Origin: Nanobdellota archaeon
Lineage (GTDB): Archaea; Nanobdellota; Nanobdellia; Pacearchaeales; GW2011-AR1
Length of the DNA stretch: 64,000 nt
Reading direction: 5' to 3'
Assembly: GCA_018816335.1 (NCBI GenBank)
Contig: JAHIVP010000013.1
Span: 19,226 to 83,225 of the forward strand
The notes beneath the pieces were generated by a model. The model saw only the letters and a list, made by a program, of their open reading frames with translations, was not told where the DNA came from and did no database searches. Within the stretch, counting starts at the first letter, position 1. The number at the start of each line of letters is the position of its first letter. The position numbers were made by a program, and so were the translations under genes. Below, piece after piece: positions 1-7,940 of this stretch.

Positions 1-1728
1 CAACATCTCTGAAAACCATGACGGAATTGTAGGAGCTTTAGAAACATCAGCCCTTACATAAATATTCATCCCCCTTGTATAAAGATACTGATACTTATGC
101 CCTCCTAAAACAAAAACATCTCCTTTCTTCAACCTTCCAACAAATTCCTCATCAACTTTCCCAACAATCACACCATCTCTCTGGGGCACTTTAACATTAA
201 CAAAAGCCTCATCAGGAATTGTCCCAATATTTGTCATATAAATAACCCGCGCCAACATCCCCCTCTTCCCAATCTCTCGAGTTTTTTCATCATACCAAAT
301 CTTTGCATAAACATTCCTTGCTTCAAGAGCATAATCTCCCTTCAAATAAGAAATTACTTCTAAAAAATCCTTTTTAGTCAAATCAGCATAACAATAACTT
401 CTCTTAATTACCTTAAACATCTCATCAACATCCCAAATCTTATAAATAGCCATCCCAAATATATGCTGACTCAAAACATCAAGACAATTCTTAGGTATAT
501 GCACTTTATCCATCTTTTTCTCAATTATAGTCTTCATAATAACACTAGACTCAATCAAATCATCTCTATCTAAAATAACAAATTTTCCTTTAGCAACTTC
601 ATGCAACCTATGTCCCGCCCTCCCAATCCTCTGCAACGCTCTAGCAGTGCCTTTAGGACTTCCCAATAACAAAACAAGATCAATATCTCCTATATCAATT
701 CCAAGTTCTAATGAAGTCGAAGTAACAACAACCTTCAACTTTCCTTCTCTCAATCTCTGCTCCATATCAAACCTATGCTCCTTACTCAAAGAACTATGAT
801 GAGCCCCAATTTCATCAACATAACTCTTAGGAAACATTGTCTTCAAATGATGAATAACCCTCTCAGTCGCAGCTCGCGTATTTGTAAAAATCAAAGTCGT
901 CTTATGTTTCTGAATCTGCTTATCTATCAACTTATATAATTTATCATGCATCTCAAACCCAGTTGTATCAATTAAATCAACAGGAGTAATAACATCAACA
1001 TCAATTTTTTTATGAAACTTAACATCAGCAATTAAACAATCCCTATTTCCAGTCAAAAACATTGCAATCTCTCCCAGCGGAGCAATAGTAGCACTCAACC
1101 CAACTCTAACCATAGGAAACACACTAAGCTCTTGCAACCTCTCCAAACTCAAACTCAAATGAACCCCTCTCTTATTATCCAAAGCATGAATCTCATCAAC
1201 AACACAAAACTCAACACCTTTCATATATTCAATAAATTTAGGAGTATTCAAAACAATGGCCAAACTTTCAGGAGTTGTAATCAAAATATGAGGAGACTTC
1301 TTCAACATCTTTTGCTTTTCATATGCAGTTGTATCCCCTGTCCTAATAGCAACCCTAATTCCCAACTCCTTTCCTAAAATCTTCTCAACCTCTTCTAAAG
1401 GTTTAATTAAATTAACATAAACATCATTCCCAAGAGCCTTTAGTGGCGAGATGTATACAGCATAAACTTTATCTTCTAATTCACCTTTTTCAGCTAGCCC
1501 AACTAAATAATCCAAAATAGAAGTAAATGCACACAATGTCTTTCCAGATCCAGTAGGAGAACTAACTAATATACTTTTTCTATGTTTTATCGGAACAATC
1601 GCATGCTTCTGAGCATCTGTAAACTTCCCCTTAAACTTATCCTTAAAAAACTTAGAAACAACAGGCGTCAAACTACCAAAAACCTCCGTGTCATTACAAA
1701 CTTTTGAATACTCAAATTTTTTTCCCAT
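1..1728 (-). CDS. lhr: Lhr-family ATP-dependent SF2 helicase (3' part runs off the window)
   Basis: Manual translation from ATG at 1728: MGKKFEY...SSPTGSGKT (Walker A), YISPLKALGND, ITTPESL, VDEIHA, RVGLSAT, HHSSLS, TSTSLELGIDIG, QRIGRAGH. Not in the ORF track because no stop lies in the window. Confidence 0.92.
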   Translation of the reverse strand, partial: MGKKFEYSKVCNDTEVFGSLTPVVSKFFKDKFKGKFTDAQKHAIVPIKHRKSILVSSPTGSGKTLCAFTSILDYLVGLAEKGELEDKVYAVYISPLKALGNDVYVNLIKPLEEVEKILGKELGIRVAIRTGDTTAYEKQKMLKKSPHILITTPESLAIVLNTPKFIEYMKGVEFCVVDEIHALDNKRGVHLSLSLERLQELSVFPMVRVGLSATIAPLGEIAMFLTGNRDCLIADVKFHKKIDVDVITPVDLIDTTGFEMHDKLYKLIDKQIQKHKTTLIFTNTRAATERVIHHLKTMFPKSYVDEIGAHHSSLSKEHRFDMEQRLREGKLKVVVTSTSLELGIDIGDIDLVLLLGSPKGTARALQRIGRAGHRLHEVAKGKFVILDRDDLIESSVIMKTIIEKKMDKVHIPKNCLDVLSQHIFGMAIYKIWDVDEMFKVIKRSYCYADLTKKDFLEVISYLKGDYALEARNVYAKIWYDEKTREIGKRGMLARVIYMTNIGTIPDEAFVNVKVPQRDGVIVGKVDEEFVGRLKKGDVFVLGGHKYQYLYTRGMNIYVRADVSKAPTIPSWFSEML

Positions 1729-1851
1729 CTTTAGAACAATGTAACACTATTAGTTAATACTGAACAAGAGTTTATCTAATTCACCATTTAAATATTTATC
1801 TAACTATTAAATAATTAAACTTAAATAACCCCTCCTCTTTTCTTATTCACA

Positions 1852-2118
1852 ATGAAAATTTCACAACAAAAAAGAGATAAAATATCAGAACAAATTTTAT
1901 CACATCTTTATCATAATTTTCCAAAATCTTTTTTCACAGCAGAAATCGCCAGAGAAATCGCCAGAGATGAAGAATTTATAAAAAATTTATTAAACGAACT
2001 TAATTCTAAAGATCTAGTTTTTCCAATAAAAAAGAATAATCAAGGAGTCCAATTTCTCAAAAGAACAAAATGGAGAATATCAAACAAAGCTCAACAAGCT
2101 TACAAAAACTTAAATTAG
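1852..2118 (+). CDS. Small winged-helix DNA-binding protein
   Basis: 88 aa with an HTH-like FTAEIAREIARDEEFIKNLLNELNSKDLV segment followed by a basic wing; TATA-like CTTAAATA about 30 bp upstream. Confidence 0.75.
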   Translation: MKISQQKRDKISEQILSHLYHNFPKSFFTAEIAREIARDEEFIKNLLNELNSKDLVFPIKKNNQGVQFLKRTKWRISNKAQQAYKNLN

Positions 2119-2268
2119 ATATAATTAATAATCTACATCCCACCAAATAAATATTTATACTGTCTCTCGCTAAATGATATGGGGCCTTTTTGAAGGGGTG
2201 GAAAGAGAGACAATTTAAGATAACTCCACTAAATAAATATTTATATAATTCCCCTTCTTTGTCTAGCA

Positions 2269-3045
2269 ATGGATGAGCAAAAACTAAAAGAGGCATTTTC
2301 AAAAATTAAAAAGGAAATAAGTCAGATCAAGGACGACAATATTACTCTCAGAGACTCTTTAATAGAAACATTAAATCACTTATCAAATCTCAATATTTCT
2401 ATAAAAACTTCCTTAGAAGATATAAAAAAACAACAATCAAAACTTTCGACACAAATCAGTAAAATTAAGACAACTTCGACACATAATGCGACACTTCGAC
2501 AGGAAATAGAGGGGTCTAAACCCCAAGATTTAAGGGTTTCCACAGGAAATGAAGGGGTTTCGACAGACAGACAGACAGACACTCCAACAGACAATTCGAC
2601 ACATAAAATACCTATAATTTCTTCCCAACCCCCCCACCTCCAAATAACCCAACAAACCCCCTCTATAATGTTAAATCCAAACGAAAATATAGAGGAAAAA
2701 CCTAAATCATCTTCATTACAAAATGCCTCAGAAATATTAGAAAACCTTGATAACCTAAAAAAAGAAGTTCGTTTAAAGATAAAAAGATTAACTAACCAAG
2801 AAATGCGTGTTTTTTCTTTATTATATCAATTAGATGATCAACAAATAGATGTAGATTATGAAATCCTTTCAAAAAACCTAAACCTCACTCAAAGCTCTAT
2901 CAGAGACTACATACAAAGGATAATCACAAAGGGAATACCTATAAATAAAGAGAAAATTAATAATAAAAAAATAGTTTTACACGTGTCTCCTGCTCTTAGA
3001 AAAATAGCTACTCTTGACACAATCCTCAAATTAAGAGAGATTTAA
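2269..3045 (+). CDS. Coiled-coil / low-complexity linker / C-terminal winged-helix protein
   Basis: N-terminal heptads; T/D/Q-rich linker encoded by TCGACA repeats; C-terminal LTNQEMRVFSLLY...YEILSKNLNLTQSSIRDYIQRIITKG wHTH-like segment. Confidence 0.8.
   Translation: MDEQKLKEAFSKIKKEISQIKDDNITLRDSLIETLNHLSNLNISIKTSLEDIKKQQSKLSTQISKIKTTSTHNATLRQEIEGSKPQDLRVSTGNEGVSTDRQTDTPTDNSTHKIPIISSQPPHLQITQQTPSIMLNPNENIEEKPKSSSLQNASEILENLDNLKKEVRLKIKRLTNQEMRVFSLLYQLDDQQIDVDYEILSKNLNLTQSSIRDYIQRIITKGIPINKEKINNKKIVLHVSPALRKIATLDTILKLREI
2446..2601 (+). repeat. Cluster of five TTCGACA iteron-like repeats inside the CDS
   Basis: TCGACA at 2446, 2476, 2496, 2560 and 2596 (GCGACA variant at 2488) in a CpG-poor sequence. 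Confidence 0.75.
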
Positions 3046-3380
3046 CTACTTATTCTCTTTACCGAATAAATGGTTACACCTAAAACTAGATAACCATATT
3101 TACCAATAAGTATTTTTTACATTTCTTTAACATAATTTTCTCACATATTTTTGAAATTTTAAGATATTAAGTTCGTTTAAATGGAATTTTTCCATTTCGT
3201 TTAATTCTTCTTTTTCCACATTTTTACCTAACTCTCATTTTTCCACTTTCAAGAGATTATACTTTTCTCACTTTTCCTTATTTAATTTCTTAACAATCTC
3301 AATTTTCACTTTTCCACATCTTTTCCAATCTTTTATACATATACTAACTCTCACTTTTCCGATTTTTAAGGTTATTTTTC

Positions 3381-4055
3381 CTATAAATCCTCTTGTAAAC
3401 CCTCACTTTCTCTGTTTTTAAGGTTTTTACCTGATTTTTCCTCCTCACTTCTTCCAGATCTCACTTTCTCTGTTTTTAACAATTCTTCTTTTATTTCTTC
3501 TGGAATATATACTCTCTTTTTTCCATTTTTTTCCATTACTTCTTCTAACACTCCATCACTTTTTTGTTTTATTGAATTTATCTGTCCTCTTATCGTAGCC
3601 CTGCTTTTTCCAAGCATTGCAGATAAATCTTCATAACTCAATTTTAAATCACTGTTCAACAAAACATATACCAAAGCTCTTTCTGATGATGTTAATAACC
3701 TTAAAACACCTGTTTGAACAGCTGTTTGAACAACCTTATCAACACCTTGAACAAGTGTTTGTTTGTCTTGAACACCTGTTGATGTTTTAAACGCTGTTTG
3801 TTTTTTTCCATTGTTTCCAAACATCAGAAAGTTTTTCAAATTTTCAATCTCTTTTTCCATCGACGATAAACGTAGATCAATCTCAGAAACATTTTTCTTA
3901 GAAGCTTCTTTATGGGTGTTTAAGTGTTTTACCCATTCTGAAAGGCTGTTTATGTCTGATTTTACAGAATCAAAACCTTGCTTTGCATCCTCTCTAGCTC
4001 TCCTTACCTCTCTTTTTCCGAACAATAACCAACTTAACATACCTATTTTAGACAC
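3381..4055 (-). CDS. Coiled-coil / linker / winged-helix protein, same architecture as 2269..3045
   Basis: C-terminal LTSSERALVYVLL..LSYEDLSAMLGKSRATIRGQINSIKQK HTH; linker with repeated VQT/VQG units; start may be a few codons downstream. Confidence 0.8.
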   Translation of the reverse strand: MSKIGMLSWLLFGKREVRRAREDAKQGFDSVKSDINSLSEWVKHLNTHKEASKKNVSEIDLRLSSMEKEIENLKNFLMFGNNGKKQTAFKTSTGVQDKQTLVQGVDKVVQTAVQTGVLRLLTSSERALVYVLLNSDLKLSYEDLSAMLGKSRATIRGQINSIKQKSDGVLEEVMEKNGKKRVYIPEEIKEELLKTEKVRSGRSEEEKSGKNLKNRESEGLQEDL

Positions 4056-4089
4056 ATCATATATATAAACTTTTTCTTTTCCTATTTTA

Positions 4090-4302
4090 CCGTCGACAAA
4101 ATGATTAAAAAATAATCTAAAAATGAAAAAATTAATCTAAATAAGTAGTAAAAATAACCTCCTAAACAACATAAACTTCGACATAAACACCCATAAACAC
4201 AAATCATCTGTCGTAAAACAGCTGTTTAAAACACCCCTAAACAGACATAAACACCTACAAACACCCTAAACTTCGACATAAACACCTCTTTACCCTCGAC
4301 AA
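4090..4302. repeat. Intergenic iteron-like array (TCGACA and AAACAC/AAACAG units)
   Basis: Exact 20-bp direct repeat TAAACTTCGACATAAACACC at 4172-4191 and 4267-4286; further TCGACA at 4093 and 4296; palindrome AACAGCTGTT at 4217-4226. Confidence 0.75.
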
Positions 4303-4349
4303 ATTTAAATCTTACAAAAAACATATAAACTCTCAAAACTTATTTAGTT

Positions 4350-4622
4350 ATGCCAAAAAAATCAAAATCAAGAAAGAAAAAATTCTCAAGATCCTACAAA
4401 AAAGAATTTAAAAAACAACTCCGTCTTGCAATCGCAGCAGCAATAGGATTCACAATTGCCTTTTCTTGGAGAAATGTCATCTTTGATTCTGTCCATTCTC
4501 TTGTCCAAAATATAGATAAAAAAACCACAGTTTTCCAAACCCAATTCACAGCATCTCTAATCATTACTGTTGTTGGAGTACTTTTCATACTATTATTTTC
4601 AAAATTACTCAAAGAAAAGTAG
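4350..4622 (+). CDS. Small two-TM membrane protein (DUF5654-like)
   Basis: AIAAAIGFTIAFSWRNVI motif and a second hydrophobic helix. Confidence 0.7.
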   Translation: MPKKSKSRKKKFSRSYKKEFKKQLRLAIAAAIGFTIAFSWRNVIFDSVHSLVQNIDKKTTVFQTQFTASLIITVVGVLFILLFSKLLKEK

Positions 4623-4709
4623 CTAAAACCTTTTAGCAAAACCCAAAAGTTTTATAATAAAATAAAGTTCGTTTAAAAAAGTGAAAGGAGGCAAAAATAA
4701 AAAAATAAA

Positions 4710-4850
4710 ATGGCAACATTAAAATTAACCATCTCAGGAATTATTACATTGATTGCAGGGCTTCTTATATTATTTAATCCAAAATTAATAAGACTTGTTT
4801 TAGGAATCTATTTAGTTGTTGTAGGAATTCTTCAGATGGTGGATATATAA
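4710..4850 (+). CDS. Small membrane protein (DUF3096-like), 46 aa
   Basis: Manual translation MATLKLTISGIITLIAGLLILFNPKLIRLVLGIYLVVVGILQMVDI; GGAGG upstream; below the ORF-track cutoff. Confidence 0.75.
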   Translation: MATLKLTISGIITLIAGLLILFNPKLIRLVLGIYLVVVGILQMVDI

Positions 4851-4950
4851 AAAATTCACATCTTTTCCTATTTTTCCTTTATTTTTATACTATAAAGTTC
4901 GTTTAAATCCCAAAGCCCCATAAATAATTAAGAAAGTACTTCTTTTAATC

Positions 4951-4985
4951 TGACGAGGCCGTAGGCCGAGTCGCGCTCGGCATCA
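4951..4985. repeat. GC-rich intergenic palindrome (REP-like)
   Basis: GGCC-GTA-GGCC overlapping GCCGAG-TCGCG-CTCGGC within AT-rich intergenic DNA. Confidence 0.55.
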
Positions 4986-5058
4986 CTTTTCAAACTTCAA
5001 AATAACTCATCTTTTCCAGTATAATAATCTTTAAAAACTTTGAAAAACATAAAAAAAC

Positions 5059-5400
5059 ATGGGAAAAATGAAAGACTTTCTGGAAAGAAACCAACAAAAA
5101 AGACAAGTAGCTCAAGCTACAGACCAACCAGATCCAGAAAACTTGATGACCTTCGCAGATGTTCTTACAAATGCTGTAGCAGACTATAATTTTGTAAATG
5201 GTAAAGGATGGACTTATAGAATCACAAGAATATATGAGGGTGCTCCTGGAAGATTTGACATGGAATATGAAATTTTAGACTCTGAGGGTAAAGTAGTTGA
5301 CAGAAGCACAGGTTTTGCTGGGACTCGTGCAAGAGACAGAGCAATTTTAAAACTACAATTTCCTTCTCCAGACTCTGATGATGAAGATCACCATCCATAA
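5059..5400 (+). CDS. Hypothetical protein
   Basis: 113-aa ORF, protein-like composition, TATA-like TTTAAAAA upstream. Confidence 0.65.
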   Translation: MGKMKDFLERNQQKRQVAQATDQPDPENLMTFADVLTNAVADYNFVNGKGWTYRITRIYEGAPGRFDMEYEILDSEGKVVDRSTGFAGTRARDRAILKLQFPSPDSDDEDHHP

Positions 5401-5502
5401 CATTTACAAAATAGAGAAAAACACCCGCAAAAACCTTTAATCAAAACCAATAAATAACTACATAGAACTTAAACGAACTTCTAACCTCTTAAACACCCCA
5501 AA

Positions 5503-5530
5503 AGGGCGCTTAATATACGATAAACGAATG
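5503..5530. other. Candidate dif (Xer recombination) site
   Basis: AGGGCGCTTAA-TATACG-ATAAACGAATG: two imperfect inverted 11-bp arms and a 6-bp spacer between convergent genes; left arm 8/11 identical to the E. coli XerC arm GGTGCGCATAA; xerA 7.5 kb away. Confidence 0.55.
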
Positions 5531-5555
5531 TTTGAAATACATGTTTTTAGGCGAT

Positions 5556-5930
5556 TTAAGCAACTTTTCCAGGCCTACCATTAATAGGGCTAGCAATTCT
5601 CAACCAACCCTCTTCTTCAGGACTTGAAGAAATAGGTTTCCAATCAACATCTCCAGTTTTTTGATGTTCGTAAAGAGCACATTCAGAAGCAGAATAAATT
5701 CTCATATCATTTGTTTCAAGATCTATCTCTAAGATCCCAGTCATTAATCCAGGATTTTCCCTTGTTAGTTTTGGTTCTCTAATTTGTCTTCGTTGACTAC
5801 CAAAAAGTTCATGTCTTTCTTGCATACTAAGCCCGCGAGTTCCATAAGAATCACAAATAAAAGCACCAGGACCAAGATTAAACATTTGGGCCATACCTTC
5901 TATCTGTCTTTGAGTTTGTAAACTATACAT
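5556..5930 (-). CDS. Hypothetical protein
   Basis: 124-aa ORF with TATA-like TTTATTAA upstream. Confidence 0.6.
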   Translation of the reverse strand: MYSLQTQRQIEGMAQMFNLGPGAFICDSYGTRGLSMQERHELFGSQRRQIREPKLTRENPGLMTGILEIDLETNDMRIYSASECALYEHQKTGDVDWKPISSSPEEEGWLRIASPINGRPGKVA

Positions 5931-6024
5931 TCTAATTCTAATATTCTAGAATTAATAAACTTTTCTTTAAATCAAACTTTCAAATTTCAGCAGAAACTTC
6001 CTACGCAAAAACCTTTAATCAGAA

Positions 6025-6912
6025 CTATTTCCTAATCTTTCCCCTCCAAAGGGTTCTGGAAAAAACATCTCCAACACTCTCGGTAAGTGGGCTACGCATC
6101 CAGCCTATTGAACTTCCTTGAATCTCATGCTCTCCCCCTCTCTCAGTCTTCCTCTGCCCAACTCTTGTGTCATAGAGGATAGATTCCATTTTCATTTTAG
6201 TAACGAATGATCTGAATCTTCTTCTCGAAAATCTATAAGTTTCTGTTTCATTCTCTCCTTTAGCAGTTTGATATACAACCTCAATTCCAAAACAATTTCC
6301 CACTCCCCCAAGATCTCTCTCAGCCTTTCTCAAATCTGCTCTGAATTCAGGAAGATTATCTTCTGAAAGTCTAAGAGTTCTCATATATGCAACAGGAGGT
6401 TTGGAATAATTATTATCTCTAACATTTGCTTTCACAACTACTTTTACTATTCCATCCGGAATTATTTCTCTAGGTTTGGGTGGATAATTTAGATAGCTAC
6501 TTGTTCTTGTTGGAATTGGTTGTCTACGATTCCATTTTGTTCCTGTTTCTTCCTTTGATTCTTCTGCTTGGTCTTGAGCTTGTTGTCTGGCTTGAGTGTT
6601 TATTCCATCTAACTCTCTCCTCCTTTCTTTCATCATCCTCTCTTGTATTACAGCTCTTCTATCTTCTTCTGTTTTCCTATAGATTCTCACTTCTGGAATC
6701 CTTCTTCGAATTGGTTGTGGAGGGGAGGTTTCTCTTTGGATTGTTCTTGGTTTTTTTTCTGCTCTTTGTCTTTCAGCAGCCTCTTTTCTATGCCAATCTG
6801 GACCTTCTACCACATATCTTCCAAGATAATAAGGAACATAAGTAATAGAAGCAATTACCATAGCAATAGGAACTAAAAACCCCAAAACTCCTCCCAATAA
6901 ATCATCTCCCAT
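6025..6912 (-). CDS. Hypothetical membrane-anchored protein
   Basis: 295 aa; N-terminal TM helix followed by a charged R/E/Q-rich region. Confidence 0.7.
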   Translation of the reverse strand: MGDDLLGGVLGFLVPIAMVIASITYVPYYLGRYVVEGPDWHRKEAAERQRAEKKPRTIQRETSPPQPIRRRIPEVRIYRKTEEDRRAVIQERMMKERRRELDGINTQARQQAQDQAEESKEETGTKWNRRQPIPTRTSSYLNYPPKPREIIPDGIVKVVVKANVRDNNYSKPPVAYMRTLRLSEDNLPEFRADLRKAERDLGGVGNCFGIEVVYQTAKGENETETYRFSRRRFRSFVTKMKMESILYDTRVGQRKTERGGEHEIQGSSIGWMRSPLTESVGDVFSRTLWRGKIRK

Positions 6913-6929
6913 TTTTATTTAGATCCAAT

Positions 6930-7388
6930 TTATGCAACTGGATCATAACCTCCTTTACTCCAAGGATTACATTTTAACAATCTTCCAGTAGCCAGAATAG
7001 ACCCTCTTGTCGCACCATATTTTATTATTGCCTGCCTTGCATATTCTGAACAACTTGGTTCATATCTGCATATTCTTTCTTGCTCTAACCTTTTTAAGAT
7101 TTCTGGAGAAATGTTTTTTTGATAAATTTTAATCCATTCAATTAAAACTTGTTGTGCTTGCAAATCCCTTCCAGGAATAAATATTCTACTTGTCTTCTTT
7201 TCCTTTGATTCTACTTGTCTTCTTTCTTGCTCTGCTTGTTTATGTTTATATCCATCACTTATGCCACTAATAAAAAATCCCCCTGAGATTAATAAAGCAA
7301 GGCAACATGCAGCACCCCCGCAAGAGCTCTCTCCAAATGCTTTTCCTATAGAAAAAGCAGCTGCAGCTTCTAAACAACCATCACTCAT
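6930..7388 (-). CDS. yidD: YidD (membrane protein insertion efficiency factor) domain protein with N-terminal TM extension
   Basis: CRYEPSCSEYARQAIIKYGATRGSILATGRLLKCNPWSKGGYDPV is the YidD three-Cys signature. Confidence 0.85.
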   Translation of the reverse strand: MSDGCLEAAAAFSIGKAFGESSCGGAACCLALLISGGFFISGISDGYKHKQAEQERRQVESKEKKTSRIFIPGRDLQAQQVLIEWIKIYQKNISPEILKRLEQERICRYEPSCSEYARQAIIKYGATRGSILATGRLLKCNPWSKGGYDPVA

Positions 7389-7479
7389 TTTTCTTTCCTC
7401 ATTTTCTTACATTTACTTAGATATTTAATCTTCTTATATTTTTCTTTTTCCATATTTAAAATTAAATAAAATTAAAAAA

Positions 7480-7605
7480 TTATTGATTTTTAGCTTGTCC
7501 TCCAGTCACATCATTTATAATCTCTAAGAATTTTGTTATCCCTCCAAATTTTGAAACCAGTACTCTGACCTTATCTCCTTCTTGTTTTGTTAATTTTGAA
7601 TTCAT
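7480..7605 (-). CDS. Putative 41-aa small protein
   Basis: MNSKLTKQEGDKVRVLVSKFGGITKFLEIINDVTGGQAKNQ; preceded by the same AAGAGTTCTGATA motif as the ORFs starting at 23550 and 23819. Confidence 0.5.
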   Translation of the reverse strand: MNSKLTKQEGDKVRVLVSKFGGITKFLEIINDVTGGQAKNQ

Positions 7606-7641
7606 CTTAATATTATCAGAACTCTTCTTTCCTAAGTTTAA

Positions 7642-7881
7642 TTAGAGACCAGTCAACTCCCTTAATCTCTCAGGTTTACAAGCTAATCTTTGTTGCTCTC
7701 TTGCAATCTCCTGGCCTGCATTCATTCCTTCAGAATATCCTTGAGAAATTCCAACTCTAATCCCTTCTCTATAGCCTCTTTCTTTTTCAAGTCCCAGCAT
7801 AAAAGGAACTGATAGAACATAAGCCATTACTAAAACCCCAAGAATTCTCTTTCCTATTGGTTCTCCACGTGTTTCTGCCAT
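7642..7881 (-). CDS. Small single-TM hypothetical protein
   Basis: 79 aa; TM helix followed by GYREG..GYSEG repeats. Confidence 0.6.
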   Translation of the reverse strand: MAETRGEPIGKRILGVLVMAYVLSVPFMLGLEKERGYREGIRVGISQGYSEGMNAGQEIAREQQRLACKPERLRELTGL

Positions 7882-7940
7882 TTTCTTTCACTCAGAATTA
7901 ATCTGAGGTTTTCACCTCTAAATTTACATAATATTAATAT

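Noticed and set aside
1941-1968. 12-bp tandem repeat AGAAATCGCCAG
   Set aside because: Encodes EIAREIAR within the HTH; adequately explained by the protein
4090-4302. Possible CRISPR array
   Set aside because: Repeats are short, irregularly spaced and degenerate, with no unique spacers
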